DNA of 64,000 nucleotides from Candidatus Micrarchaeota archaeon (GCA_014727975.1 WJMK01000014.1:2558-66557), one strand, 5' to 3'. Positions 17,586 through 28,435 are shown, counted from the first letter of the stretch. Translations and numbers: made by a program. The notes: a model not told the origin generated them from the sequence alone.

Positions 17586-20500
17586 CTACTTCCCGTAATG
17601 GTTCCTGAACCACCAATAGCCTACCAGGCCCAGCCCCAGGAGGATCAGCACAAACCAGAGCATATTCTGCTGCATCTCCGTTACCTCTTTGCCGTTTGGC
17701 ATTTTTGGCTCGGTCACTGAAGGCACTTCAGTTGAAACTACTTCTGCAGGGGGAATCCCTGCCTCTTCAGCCACCAGGGCATTTGCAGCTGCAAGCGCTG
17801 CCTCTGCGTACCTGAGGGCATTTTCGCAATCCCCTTGCTCCTTTGCTTCTTTTGCCTTGTCAAGGAGCTCTTCTACCTCCTCGGTATCAATGCCCTGTTC
17901 CTTGGCCTCATCAATCCTGTCTTCTGTTTCCTGGATTGGCTCATCGCACTCTTCGCATTCTTCTTCCTCTTCAGGCACTATGCATTCGTTGTCCCTGCAA
18001 AGCTCCCCCTCTGCACAATCCTCATCAGAGCAGCACTCATATGAAACGCATTCGTGGTCCTTCACTTCCCCGCATTCGCACTCAACAGGGGTGCACTCTC
18101 CATCAGAGCAGTATTCGTCACCTGGGCAATCATTATTGCTTGTGCACTCAGGCTCAGGTTCTTCAGTCTCCACACAAGCGCAATCTACGCATTCGTAGCC
18201 AGAAGCGCAGCCTGTTCCGGGCACTCCGCATTCAATATCTGATTTTGGAAGGCACTTGTTATTGCCGATGCTGCAGTAGTAGCAGTCAGGGCAGTCAATA
18301 TCGCTTTCACAAACATACTCCGGCTCGTCACCATCTCCATCATCCGGAAGGCCTTCATACACTGCAAAGAGCCCATATACGTCTAGATATATTGCAAAGT
18401 TCTCTGGGTCAATTCTTGCTTCTGCCGGGCCTCCCCCATCCAGGAGGTCCATTATGAATTTTGACCTGTCTTTCTGTGTAAAGTTGTATATCTTGATTGT
18501 CTGCTCTGTTTCATTATGTATCTGGCCCTCAACAGGGCTCCAGTATGCCTTCATTATCAGCTCCTGCTCTTCAACAGATGCCCTCAGCACAACAGGCCTC
18601 TCCAGGGAGCCTGCACAAGCTCCCTCGGCACCCATCCTGGGTTCCTGGCAGTAACCATATCCTACTGGGCCCATGCTGCACTCGCAACCTTCCTCGCAGT
18701 CGGAGTCAGAGAAGCAAATGATTTTTCCACACCTGCCGATGCTGTCGCATTTGGAGCAATCGGAGCAGTCGCTGTCCTCTTCACACTGGGAACACTCAAA
18801 GCCATTGCAGTACGGGAAATCCGGGTCCGCGCAGTCGCTGTCTTCTTCGCACTCCCTGTCTGCATCAGGTTTGCAAATGCTCTGCTCAACCCAGCAGAAT
18901 TCACCTCTGGCGCAGTCCGAATCTTCTTCACAATATATCCCTGTTTCCTCCACGCGGAGCTGGTAGAGGGCCATTGTGCTCCCATCGTAGCCTCCTGTGA
19001 AGCCATAGTGCACAGTGAACTCATCTATCTTCGGGTCTACTGGGGCACGGGCCCCTCCATCTTCCCCAATTCCAGCAATAAGGAAATACTTGTTGTTGTA
19101 AGAAATCCTTTCCCCAAGGCCGAAAGGATCTATGTCCAGGTATGCAGTAACATTTACCTCGAGGTCTTCGCTTTCCAGGTGGATTGAGTCCACGGTCGGG
19201 AGAGTGGTGTCAGATAGGAGGTAGACTACTGTTGCATTGTCTTCAACAGAAACTCTTACTGATGAAGGCCCGGAGCCGATTGTTGTTTCATCAAGGCTCC
19301 AGTGTGGCTGGTTGGTTGGGGCCTCCAGGATGCCCATTCTGTAAATCGGGCTCGCCTCTATAAATTCAAGCTCGATTATCCCTTTTGGAAGTGCTTCATC
19401 AAGGAGGCCGAATGCCTCTGCCCACTGGTCCCTGCCCCCTTCCTCAAAAGTATCAGAAAGGGTGGAGAACATTGTTTCCCCATTCCTGTAAAGATAAGTG
19501 TTGCGCACAGTTATTGCCTGGTTCGGGCTGCTGGGCGGGGTGTAGCCGGTTGCCCTTTCACGCTCAAAATAAGAGGCATCCAGGATTCCAAGTATGTTGT
19601 TGTCGTATATCCTGCAGCGGTCCACAAGATGATGGCCCCTGCTCAGGAGCACCATCCCATAATTATTGTGGTAGGAGCGCACTGAATTGAAATCATTTTC
19701 ATATACTCCTGCCTCACATTTGAGGGAAGTGAAGTTGCAGATCTCCCCTGCTGCCATGTCACACTCTGAATAGGCATAGCATGTGGTGGGGGCATTCAGT
19801 GTTGCGCCTCTCGAGCCAGTGGGGGGCATGATCATGCTAAGGCTAAGGTCGATGACTCCGGCCCCAAGCGGGAGTAGCTGGAGGTCCTCATATGCCCCCG
19901 GCACATCCCCTTCAAAGATATCGTGGAGGTTGCCATCGTTCCCTGATGTTGCGGTGTTTTCGAAATTGGCTGCATAAGATTCGAGCATCCCGTAGCCGAA
20001 AATGTCATTGTTGGTTGCAGAACCTCCGGAAATTGTTGCCTCATCGCTCATTAAAAGAGCAAGCCCGATGGTGCTGTCTGAAAAGCTTGATGAAGAGATT
20101 GTGGCGCGGGGGGAATATGCAAGAACTGCTCCTGCGCCGACCTCCTTGAATTCAGGTTCCGGGGCCCGGAGGGTTTCCCCTGCACGCAGCCCGCCCCCTA
20201 AAAAGCCCATGAGGAGGTCAAGTATTGCTGTTGCGTTCATCTTGTTGTTTCTGCTGGTAAAGCTGGACACTTCAAGGTTTTCTGACATAAGAGCGAGTAT
20301 CCCGAAGCCGCTCCCTTCTGCATTTGAACCGGATATCGTAACATCCGGAGTTGCAAGCACCCCGAATCCCATAAAGTTGTTCTGGGAGGTTGAGTCGCTT
20401 ATGCTTGTGCCGTTGCTCAGTATAAGGAGCATTCCGTTGTTGTCCAGTGTGTCAGAGCCGGAAACAGTTACTCCTGAAACCACTGAATCAGTTGCGTTGC

Positions 20501-21587
20501 AGAGAATCACTTCTGAATAAGTGTTTCCATACAGGTTGACTGTTTCATGGGAGTAGTAAATGGGCCTTGCCCCTGAGCCTGTGTTGCGCTCCACCGTATT
20601 GAGGCAAAGCATGGACATGTAAGATGCCCCAGCGTCAGCTTTAAGTTCGGAGGCAAGCATGCCTCCTCCAAATACCCTGTCTCCCCCTACCAGCATGTCC
20701 AGTTCCATGTTTTCTTCAAGGATGTTGTCAGTGTATGTTCCATTGTAATCAAAGAAATTGAGGCCGATAAGGTTGTCGTAGGCATGGTTGTTGGTGAAGG
20801 TTGTTCCATATTCAGATGGGGGGTCGGCAGCCGGAGGCCTGGGGGGCTTTGGGATTGCCCCTTCGATATAGAAGCCGTTTGTGTTATTGTAGGCGGTGTT
20901 CCCATCTACAAAATTTCCTGCTGACTGGCCAATTTCAAAGCCGCCGCCTTCATAATATTCCCAGTCATTTCCATATGCAGTGTTTCCGGTTACTGTATTA
21001 TTGTAGCCCGAAATAGCTAATCCTGACTCTGCATTGTTATATACTGTATTATCGGTTATCGTATTATTTCTTCCTTTTATGGTGAGGCCTGAATAGCCTG
21101 AGTTGTAAACTTCGTTCCCGGAAACAAGATTCTCGTCCCCTGAGACATATGCGCAAATCTCTCCCTCAGGGGTTTCGTAAATTGTATTGCCGGTAAGCTC
21201 AGAGTAATCTGCATCCAGGTAGATGTTGTACATCTCATTCTTGAAAATTGTGTTGTTGTCTACGCTGGAGCCATTTGGGGAATCACCATATATCCCATAA
21301 TCATATTGTGTAATTATGCAATTCTTTACTGTGATGTTCCGTGCCTTGAAATCAATGGCAGTATACGTGCCTGCGCCTCCGGTCCCGGTGAGATTGTGCC
21401 CAGCGCAATCAAGGGTGACGTTATCTGCCAAAATCCTTATGCACCAGGTATTGCTGTCATTAACCCCTGCCAGGTCTGTTGTTAGCTCATATTCGCCTGA
21501 AGAAGTAATGCCTTGGCAATAATCTACTGAAGTCGCAGAAAAAACAAAACCTACAAGAACCAGGAATAGAACAAGAGTCCTCACCAT
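17586..21587 (-). CDS. Large secreted surface protein: parallel beta-helix (NosD-like) repeats, Cys-rich repeats, C-terminal coil and TM anchor
   Basis: Signal peptide; LDCAGHNLTGTG, repeated N-x-I/V turns; repeated CxxDxDCxxG Cys motifs; C-terminal MLWFVLILLGLGLVGYWWF-like TM segment. Confidence 0.8.
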   Translation of the reverse strand: MVRTLVLFLVLVGFVFSATSVDYCQGITSSGEYELTTDLAGVNDSNTWCIRILADNVTLDCAGHNLTGTGGAGTYTAIDFKARNITVKNCIITQYDYGIYGDSPNGSSVDNNTIFKNEMYNIYLDADYSELTGNTIYETPEGEICAYVSGDENLVSGNEVYNSGYSGLTIKGRNNTITDNTVYNNAESGLAISGYNNTVTGNTAYGNDWEYYEGGGFEIGQSAGNFVDGNTAYNNTNGFYIEGAIPKPPRPPAADPPSEYGTTFTNNHAYDNLIGLNFFDYNGTYTDNILEENMELDMLVGGDRVFGGGMLASELKADAGASYMSMLCLNTVERNTGSGARPIYYSHETVNLYGNTYSEVILCNATDSVVSGVTVSGSDTLDNNGMLLILSNGTSISDSTSQNNFMGFGVLATPDVTISGSNAEGSGFGILALMSENLEVSSFTSRNNKMNATAILDLLMGFLGGGLRAGETLRAPEPEFKEVGAGAVLAYSPRATISSSSFSDSTIGLALLMSDEATISGGSATNNDIFGYGMLESYAANFENTATSGNDGNLHDIFEGDVPGAYEDLQLLPLGAGVIDLSLSMIMPPTGSRGATLNAPTTCYAYSECDMAAGEICNFTSLKCEAGVYENDFNSVRSYHNNYGMVLLSRGHHLVDRCRIYDNNILGILDASYFERERATGYTPPSSPNQAITVRNTYLYRNGETMFSTLSDTFEEGGRDQWAEAFGLLDEALPKGIIELEFIEASPIYRMGILEAPTNQPHWSLDETTIGSGPSSVRVSVEDNATVVYLLSDTTLPTVDSIHLESEDLEVNVTAYLDIDPFGLGERISYNNKYFLIAGIGEDGGARAPVDPKIDEFTVHYGFTGGYDGSTMALYQLRVEETGIYCEEDSDCARGEFCWVEQSICKPDADRECEEDSDCADPDFPYCNGFECSQCEEDSDCSDCSKCDSIGRCGKIICFSDSDCEEGCECSMGPVGYGYCQEPRMGAEGACAGSLERPVVLRASVEEQELIMKAYWSPVEGQIHNETEQTIKIYNFTQKDRSKFIMDLLDGGGPAEARIDPENFAIYLDVYGLFAVYEGLPDDGDGDEPEYVCESDIDCPDCYYCSIGNNKCLPKSDIECGVPGTGCASGYECVDCACVETEEPEPECTSNNDCPGDEYCSDGECTPVECECGEVKDHECVSYECCSDEDCAEGELCRDNECIVPEEEEECEECDEPIQETEDRIDEAKEQGIDTEEVEELLDKAKEAKEQGDCENALRYAEAALAAANALVAEEAGIPPAEVVSTEVPSVTEPKMPNGKEVTEMQQNMLWFVLILLGLGLVGYWWFRNHYGK

Positions 21588-21717
21588 GCAATAATTTGGA
21601 ATAAAAAAGTATAAAAATAGCTGGGGTGTGCATGCCTCTTAAAATCGGGGGAGAATGGTGGCAGGGCTTTGGGCAAATCCCGAAGGTTTATAACTTTTCA
21701 AAACGGAAAAGGGATGT

Positions 21718-23163
21718 ATGCTGGTACTGGTGTGTGGGCTTCCGGGGGCTGGGAAAAGCACCCTTGCAAAAGCACTTGCGGAAAAACTGAGTGCAGTTTA
21801 CCTGAGCAGCGACATCATAAGGATGAAGATGCTGAGCGAGCGCACCTATTCCGAGCATGAGAAATACAAGGTTTACGGAAGGATGGTGGAAGAAGCGGGG
21901 AAGCTGCTTTCCGCGGGGAAGGCGGTTGTGTGCGATGCCACTTTTTACAAGAAAAAAACCAGGGCTGAAATGAGGGGGGCTGCAGAGAAGGCTGGTGCAG
22001 AACTGCATATTATCTTATGCCAGCTGGATGAGCAAACCCTGGAAGAGCGAATGGAACAGAGGGGAAAGGAGGGGGCAGGTGCAAGCGAAGCAGACTTCAG
22101 CATCTACCTAAAAGTGAAGGGGCTGTTTGAGCCCATTGAAAACGAGCACCTTGTATTGGACACTTCTGTGCCTGTTGAAGAGCAGGTAGGCACTGCAGCA
22201 GAATACATTGAAAAGAAATCGGGATGGAAGCCGGAGGAGCTGGGGATGGAATTCAAGGAAACCCATATCTCCTGGGTTTTCCTCTCAGGGGATTTTGCAT
22301 ACAAGGTAAAAAAACCTGTGAAATTCTCATTCCTGGATTTCTCCAGCCGGGATAAGCGCAGGGAATATTGTGAAGAAGAAGTAAGGCTGAACAAGCGCCT
22401 CTCCCCGGAAATCTACCTGGGCGTTGTCCCCCTTGTGCGGGAAGGCAATTCCCTCAGATTCGGGGGGAATGGGCGGCCTCTGGATTATGCAGTGAAGATG
22501 AAGAGGATGGGCAGGACCATGGACAGGGCCCTGGAAGAAGGGGAAGTGGACAGGGGGAATGTTGAGGAAGTTGCAAAGGAGATTGCAGGATTCCACAATG
22601 CGGTTCCCGTGATACAGGACCCAAGGTACAACTCTCCGGAAATGGTGAAAGAGCAGATAGACGACCTTGGCTCGGTAAAGGAAACTGTGGAAAGCGCGTG
22701 TGGGATGGGGGAAAAGGTCGAATTTGTTCTTGAAAAATCAGACTTGTTTATACGTGAAAATGAGGGGCTTATGCGGAACCGCCAGGTGGACGGCATGGTA
22801 AGGGACTGCCATGGGGACCTCCATACCTCCAATGTATTTGTTGCGGAAAAAAAATACATCTTTGACTGCATTGAGTTCAGCGAGGATTTCAGGTTCATAG
22901 ACATTGCAAGCGAGGTCGCATTCATGGCAATGGACCTGGATGCAAGAGGCAGGGAGGACCTCTCAGAAGTCTTTGTGGGGAAATACCTGGAGCTTTCAGG
23001 GGACCCAAATTTGATGAAGCTGCTGGATTTCTACAAATGCTACCGGGCAAATGTGCGGGCAAAAGTTGCTGCGCTGGAGTACCTGCAAAACCCCACAGAA
23101 GAGGGGAAAAGGAACGTTGAGAAATACCTCTCCCTTGCGCAAAAGTATGCGGGAAAGCTTTAG
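21718..23163 (+). CDS. Two-domain protein: P-loop kinase/AAA_33-like N-terminus and aminoglycoside-phosphotransferase-like C-terminus
   Basis: MLVLVCGLPGAGKSTLAKALAEKL at the N-terminus; C-terminal MVRDCHGDLHTSNVFV...IFDCIEFSEDFRFIDIASE is COG2187/APH-like. Confidence 0.85.
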   Translation: MLVLVCGLPGAGKSTLAKALAEKLSAVYLSSDIIRMKMLSERTYSEHEKYKVYGRMVEEAGKLLSAGKAVVCDATFYKKKTRAEMRGAAEKAGAELHIILCQLDEQTLEERMEQRGKEGAGASEADFSIYLKVKGLFEPIENEHLVLDTSVPVEEQVGTAAEYIEKKSGWKPEELGMEFKETHISWVFLSGDFAYKVKKPVKFSFLDFSSRDKRREYCEEEVRLNKRLSPEIYLGVVPLVREGNSLRFGGNGRPLDYAVKMKRMGRTMDRALEEGEVDRGNVEEVAKEIAGFHNAVPVIQDPRYNSPEMVKEQIDDLGSVKETVESACGMGEKVEFVLEKSDLFIRENEGLMRNRQVDGMVRDCHGDLHTSNVFVAEKKYIFDCIEFSEDFRFIDIASEVAFMAMDLDARGREDLSEVFVGKYLELSGDPNLMKLLDFYKCYRANVRAKVAALEYLQNPTEEGKRNVEKYLSLAQKYAGKL

Positions 23164-23165
23164 GG

Positions 23166-24731
23166 CTAATGCCTGAAGTGCCTTGTTCCTGTGAAGAGCA
23201 TGGCCATTCCATGCTCATTTGCTGCCTCTATTACTTCCTGGTCTCGGATTGAGCCCCCTGGCTGGATTATTGAAGTTACGCCCCTTTCTGCAGCCGTATC
23301 TATTCCATCCCTGAATGGGAAAAATGCATCGCTTGCCATTGCGCAGCCCTTTAGGGTTTCCCCGCGGGACTCTGCAATGTCTGCTGCAAGGCGGGCTGCG
23401 TCCACCCGCTTCATCTGGCCCGCGCCAATTCCTATTGCCTGGTTGCTGCGCGCATAAACAATTGAATTGGATTTTACATATTTGCAGATTGTCCATGCAT
23501 ACATCAGGTCCTTCATCTCCTGTTCTGTTGGCTTGCGCTCAGTAACCACCTTGAGCTTTTCCGGGTCATAGAGGAGAATGTCCACGTCCTGGGTAAGCAG
23601 GCCGCCGCAGATGCTCCTGTATGAGATTTGAGGGGGGCGCTTTACAGGGAATTCGCATTCTCCTGTCTCGATGGCGCGAAGCCTTTTTTTCCTGGAAAAA
23701 ATTTCAAGTGCCTCTTCTGCAAAAGAGGGGGCGACAATAACTTCATAAAAGCGGGTGATTATTTTTTCCGCGAGGTCTTTCTCAACCTTGCGGTTAAGGC
23801 AGACTATCCCCCCAAATGCCGCATCACTGTCAACTGCAAGCGCTATTTCATATGCCTTTACTATATCTCCGTTTGTGGCAACACCGCAGGGGTTGTTGTG
23901 CTTCACGATTACTGCTGTAGGCTCTTTAAACTGCTTAAGCAGGGCAAATGCTGCATTGATGTCAAGTATGTTGTTGTAGGAAAGCTCGCGCCCCTGGAGC
24001 TGGCTGAAATTGGGTACGCAGCATTCGCTGAGCTGCGGGTCTTTGTAGAGTGCAGCGTTCCCCTGTGAGGGGTTTTCCCCATACCTCAGGTCCTGCATCT
24101 TCCTGAAAGAGAGGTTGAGGTATTCCGGGGTTTTCTGCTCAGGGAAAAACTTTGAGCGGAGAAAAGACTCGATTACCGTATCATAATGGGAAATTTCCAT
24201 GAATGCCTCCACTGCAAGCTTTCTCCTTGTTTCCAGGGAAACGTCCCCGTTTGCAGTAATCTCTTCGCTTACTTCCCCATACCGGGCAGGGTTGGAGATT
24301 ACGACCACATTTTCGAAGTTTTTTGCTGCGGCGCGGATAAGGGTTGGGCCGCCTATATCTATATTCTCTGTTGCAGTTTCCACTGTGCAGTCCGGAAGCG
24401 AAGTAACCTCCTCAAACGGGTAAAGATTTACTGCAACAAGGTCTATCATGCCTACTCCAAGGCTCTGGGCCTGTTCCATGTGCTCCTCTTTTTCCCTTTT
24501 TGCAAGTATTCCGCCATGGATTTTAGGGTGAAGGGTCTTTACCCTCCCTTCCATCATTTCCGGAAATCCGGTAAGGTCTGCAACATCAAAAGTCTGGACT
24601 CCCGCATCCCTGAGGGCCTTGGAGGTGCCTCCGCTTGAAACAATCCCTATCCCCTGTTCTGAGAGGAACTTGCCAAAATCAGCAATCCCTTCTTTGTTGT
24701 AAACACTCAGCAGTGCCCGCTTTATTGCCAT
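23166..24731 (-). CDS. purH: Bifunctional AICAR transformylase/IMP cyclohydrolase
   Basis: [23 protein letters not shown]...SSGGTSKAL (IMPCH) and C-terminal YGENPSQ...VKHNNPCG...[12 protein letters not shown] (AICARFT). Confidence 0.96.
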   Translation of the reverse strand: MAIKRALLSVYNKEGIADFGKFLSEQGIGIVSSGGTSKALRDAGVQTFDVADLTGFPEMMEGRVKTLHPKIHGGILAKREKEEHMEQAQSLGVGMIDLVAVNLYPFEEVTSLPDCTVETATENIDIGGPTLIRAAAKNFENVVVISNPARYGEVSEEITANGDVSLETRRKLAVEAFMEISHYDTVIESFLRSKFFPEQKTPEYLNLSFRKMQDLRYGENPSQGNAALYKDPQLSECCVPNFSQLQGRELSYNNILDINAAFALLKQFKEPTAVIVKHNNPCGVATNGDIVKAYEIALAVDSDAAFGGIVCLNRKVEKDLAEKIITRFYEVIVAPSFAEEALEIFSRKKRLRAIETGECEFPVKRPPQISYRSICGGLLTQDVDILLYDPEKLKVVTERKPTEQEMKDLMYAWTICKYVKSNSIVYARSNQAIGIGAGQMKRVDAARLAADIAESRGETLKGCAMASDAFFPFRDGIDTAAERGVTSIIQPGGSIRDQEVIEAANEHGMAMLFTGTRHFRH

Positions 24732-24772
24732 AGAAACCGTACCATATTAGTGAAAAAAGCACTTAAAAAGCA

Positions 24773-26236
24773 TTATGGTTTTGGGAGGGGCGGCTTTGGG
24801 CTGGAGCCATCTGCCAACTCGGGCTTATGCATCCCTGTTGTTTCAACAAGCACAAAGTTGCCGAACTCTGCTGCAACTGAGCCAGGCTCGGAAATTTTCC
24901 TTAGCTCGCTTTCGGTTATTGAGGGAGTCTGGGATGCTCCTCCCATCCCTCCCGGCTTCGGGGCCTGTATGGAAAACATGGCGTACTTGCCAGGTGCGGG
25001 AGAGGGGTCATCCGTTGTTTCAAGGCCTGCTGCCTGCACCCAGTAGGCAAGCCCCCCTCTTGGGCCAAATATCTGAGAGCCAGGATGGGCTTTTGCAAAT
25101 TCAGAAAGGGCCTGGTACTCCTGCATGCTTATCAGGGGCATCCTCTGCATTCCTGAGTCTGTGAACATATATAGTGTATGGAGAGACATCAGGAGCATTA
25201 CTGCATAGAATACTGCTTTTTCCTTCCGGAAATAGAAGGCCCCAAGGCCTGCAAGCAGGGCAATGGGGATATATGTGTTCATCTCAAACCGGAAAACCCA
25301 GGAATCATCCACGAACATGGGCTGGGTAAGCAGGAAGCTCACTACAATCCATGGGATGAAAAGAATGGCCCATTTAGGGTCTATCCTGTATGCGGAATAA
25401 AGCCCCAGCATTGCAAGCAGGGAAAAGAAGCTGTACATGGAGAACATGTTGAGGTTTATGGTGCCGGATTTCCCGGGGGGGCCATCATCCAGGTATTCCA
25501 GGCCCACGGGCCCTATGCTGTAGTCCCCCAGGAGCCCGGGCTTGAGCAGGAGGACTGCAAGGGCAGCCAGCCCGATTCCCCCTATTATTGCAAAGCATTT
25601 GAGCGATTCAGTTGTTATCCTCTTTTCGTGCATGAAATTATAGATGGGGAGGAGCAGGAGCAGCGGGGTTATCGAAAAAAGCAGATATGCAGAAGAGGAA
25701 AAATGCGTTCCTAGCATGAGCACAAATGCGACTATTGCAAGTGCTGTATTGCGGGTGCTGGTTTCCCGGATTGATTTTACTGCAAGGTAAACAAACCAGG
25801 CTCCGAAAAATAGCCCTATAGTATTCTTGAAAAGGTCCCCCATTATGAACATGTTTGAGGTGGAAAAAGAGGCAAGGAAGCCTGCAAAAACCGCAACTGC
25901 CCTGTCCTTGGTAACATATTTGGCTATTTTGTAGATTGGGAAGCAGATTGCTGCGGAAAAAAGGGAGATTGCAACCTTGAATCCAAGGAATAGGTCATTT
26001 GCGAGCCAGGTAAAGAGGGCGCCCAGGTAGAAAGCGATTGGGGGGTCGCTTACCTGCGGGTACCCATATAGGAATACGTCTTTTATGTGCATCACATAAT
26101 AGCCCGCATCCATCCCAGCAATCAATGGGTAGCGGGTTGAGAAATAGAGCTTGAGGATGAATGAAAAGAGGAAAACCAGGAAAAGGGCAATCCTGTAGAC
26201 ATTGAAATGGCCTTCCTGCTTCAGGAGTTTGCCCAA
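24773..26236 (-). CDS. Polytopic membrane protein, GT-C glycosyltransferase-like
   Basis: Many TM segments; early luminal PLIAGMDAGYYVMHIKDVFLYGYP with acidic residues as in GT-C/oligosaccharyltransferase-like proteins. Confidence 0.6.
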   Translation of the reverse strand: MGKLLKQEGHFNVYRIALFLVFLFSFILKLYFSTRYPLIAGMDAGYYVMHIKDVFLYGYPQVSDPPIAFYLGALFTWLANDLFLGFKVAISLFSAAICFPIYKIAKYVTKDRAVAVFAGFLASFSTSNMFIMGDLFKNTIGLFFGAWFVYLAVKSIRETSTRNTALAIVAFVLMLGTHFSSSAYLLFSITPLLLLLPIYNFMHEKRITTESLKCFAIIGGIGLAALAVLLLKPGLLGDYSIGPVGLEYLDDGPPGKSGTINLNMFSMYSFFSLLAMLGLYSAYRIDPKWAILFIPWIVVSFLLTQPMFVDDSWVFRFEMNTYIPIALLAGLGAFYFRKEKAVFYAVMLLMSLHTLYMFTDSGMQRMPLISMQEYQALSEFAKAHPGSQIFGPRGGLAYWVQAAGLETTDDPSPAPGKYAMFSIQAPKPGGMGGASQTPSITESELRKISEPGSVAAEFGNFVLVETTGMHKPELADGSSPKPPLPKP

Positions 26237-26273
26237 ACCCTACACCCTGGGATAAAAGAAAAGAAAGGGAGGT

Positions 26274-26564
26274 TTACTCCTCCCCTGGGGCTTTGTCGTA
26301 AGTGAAGTCTCCTGGAGGCTCGTTGATTTCTATATCAAAGAGGTTTGCAAGCTCTTCTGCCTCTTCATCTTCCTCCATGGCTTCATCTGTTGGTGGGGAC
26401 TCGGCCTCTTCTTCATCTCCAGAATCATCCTGCTGTTCTTCTGCAGGCTCACCTGCCTGCTCTTCCGGAGCCTGGGGCTGGGCCTCCCCTGCTTTCTTGC
26501 CCCCGCACCCTGCAAGCAGGAAAGAGAAGGCAACCAGCGCAAGTAGCAATAGTTTGTAGTTCAT
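26274..26564 (-). CDS. Small acidic lipoprotein
   Basis: Lipobox FLLAGCGGKK followed by a Glu-rich tail. Confidence 0.65.
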   Translation of the reverse strand: MNYKLLLLALVAFSFLLAGCGGKKAGEAQPQAPEEQAGEPAEEQQDDSGDEEEAESPPTDEAMEEDEEAEELANLFDIEINEPPGDFTYDKAPGEE

Positions 26565-26568
26565 TTGC

Positions 26569-27465
26569 TCACCCGAAAAGTATCTCAGTTTTCAGAGATA
26601 CAAAATCCTCATAGTGGTCCCATGTGTCTGCCCAGCAATCCAGGTTCTGGTTCGCATAGTCGTTGTTGTTTTCAACTTCCGCAGAATACTCACACTCATC
26701 AATGGTGTCCCTGATATCCTCATTGAGTGACTCGACATCATCTATAATGTCTTCATCATAGTCTCCGTCTTCGAGTATAGGGACCGCATATTCGCAGATT
26801 GCAGACATCCTCTCAAGGTGGAACAGGTCCACGAGCCTCGAGTGCCTTAGCTGGAGGGCCCTTACCTCTGCAGGCTCATCTTCATCAAAGGCTTCCGGGA
26901 TATCGTCCAGTAGCTCTTCCCCATCTTCAATTACTGCTTCCATGCCTGAAACATCAACCCCGTCTTCTTCAAGGTCTTCTGTTATGTCTTCTGCATGCTC
27001 AATGTCGTATTCTACGAAATGGGCTGTGGCAGCTTCAGCCTCTGCAAGGGCATCCACTCTGCAGTCCTCAAGGTCGTCCTTAAGGGCATCCTTCCCGTCC
27101 TGCACGCAATCAAAGAACCCTGCAGTCTTGTTGTCAAATGCATCGCCCACTATTGCGAGCCCAAGTTCCAGCAGGTCTCCTGCAAGGGCAAGCCTGGTGA
27201 GGCCAAATTCAAGGCGGTCGTCATCCTCCGCAGCTTCCTCCAGGTCCTCAAGATTATCGTCTATGTCCTCGACGTATTCTGAAGAATCAAAAATCGGGAC
27301 ATCCTCATCCTCAGCGCAGTCCTCCCTGAGCTCAACAAAATCCTTTGCAAAGCCCACGTTGCATTCATCATATGCATAACGTGCCTCAAGAACCTCCGGC
27401 CATGCCGGGTTATTCCAGGCAAAGGTTGCTGCAATCAGGACAAGCGCAAGCAGTATCCTTTTCAT
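26569..27465 (-). CDS. Secreted acidic helical protein, uncharacterised
   Basis: Signal peptide MKRILLALVLIAATFA; highly Asp/Glu-rich heptad-like body. Confidence 0.6.
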   Translation of the reverse strand: MKRILLALVLIAATFAWNNPAWPEVLEARYAYDECNVGFAKDFVELREDCAEDEDVPIFDSSEYVEDIDDNLEDLEEAAEDDDRLEFGLTRLALAGDLLELGLAIVGDAFDNKTAGFFDCVQDGKDALKDDLEDCRVDALAEAEAATAHFVEYDIEHAEDITEDLEEDGVDVSGMEAVIEDGEELLDDIPEAFDEDEPAEVRALQLRHSRLVDLFHLERMSAICEYAVPILEDGDYDEDIIDDVESLNEDIRDTIDECEYSAEVENNNDYANQNLDCWADTWDHYEDFVSLKTEILFG

Positions 27466-27522
27466 GGTATTGCACCTTGGGTGTAGAAGAAAAAGGAAAG
27501 AATAAAAATAGGGCAGGTGTCC

Positions 27523-28377
27523 CTATTTCTTCTTCTTTTTGGAAATTGCACGGTAGATGGCGCGGAGCACCAGGAATACCAACACAATAGGTATGAGGAA
27601 CCCTGCAAGGCCCACAAGAAGCATTATTGCAAAGCTCAGTGCGCCAAAGAAAAGGTTCAGTATTTCCTCAAGCGGCATTATGAGGTCTGTTTCCAGCGCA
27701 GGCTTTTCCTCAATCAAGTAGATGGTGATTGTGGATTGGGCTGAGCGTCTCTCAAGGTCCAGGGCCTGCCTCTGGTAGATTTCCAGCGAGGTCTGCACCC
27801 GGGTAACCTCCTTTTCAATCATCAGGATTTCTTCTACGTTGTCTGCTTCATCGTAAAGCGCATTGAGGCGGTCGAGCTCTTCTTCCAGGTTTTCAATCCT
27901 GGTCTGGATATCAATGTATTCTTCCGTAACATCCTCAACTGAGCTGTCGATGCTTTTTACCTCGCCAAGTGCCGAAACCTCCTCCATGAAAGAATCAAAT
28001 TTTGTAGGGGCAATTTTTACTGTAAGGGCGTAGCGCTTTTCTGTATTGTATTCATTGAAGCGGATGTAGGAGAGCTCTGCATTGTAATCATCAATTATTG
28101 CGGTAAGCTCGTCCTTCTTTTCCTCAAGGGTTCCGGTTTCCACATTTACGCTTAAAGAGCCCTCCTTGATTACCATCTGGTCTGATTCGTAATCATATGA
28201 ATCGGCTCCCCCATAATATGCTTCCTCTGCCACCATTGGTGCGGGGGCTGCTGCTACCCCTTTCGTGGCATACCCATAGTCAGGCTCAGCATAATTCCCT
28301 GCTACTTCATCCATTCCGATGCATCCGAAAAACATGAACAAGGCAGCAAAGGCCAGTATTGCGATTTTTGAATCCAT
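27523..28377 (-). CDS. DUF4349-like lipoprotein with C-terminal TM
   Basis: Lipobox FMFFGC; MVIKEGSLSVNVETGTLEEKKDELTAIIDDYNAELSYIRFN, coiled coil, C-terminal TM typical of DUF4349. Confidence 0.75.
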   Translation of the reverse strand: MDSKIAILAFAALFMFFGCIGMDEVAGNYAEPDYGYATKGVAAAPAPMVAEEAYYGGADSYDYESDQMVIKEGSLSVNVETGTLEEKKDELTAIIDDYNAELSYIRFNEYNTEKRYALTVKIAPTKFDSFMEEVSALGEVKSIDSSVEDVTEEYIDIQTRIENLEEELDRLNALYDEADNVEEILMIEKEVTRVQTSLEIYQRQALDLERRSAQSTITIYLIEEKPALETDLIMPLEEILNLFFGALSFAIMLLVGLAGFLIPIVLVFLVLRAIYRAISKKKKK

Positions 28378-28435
28378 GGTTGTGAATAAAACTTGAAAAT
28401 ATATAAATAGTTGGCTGGTGGTTCGGCTTTGGCCG

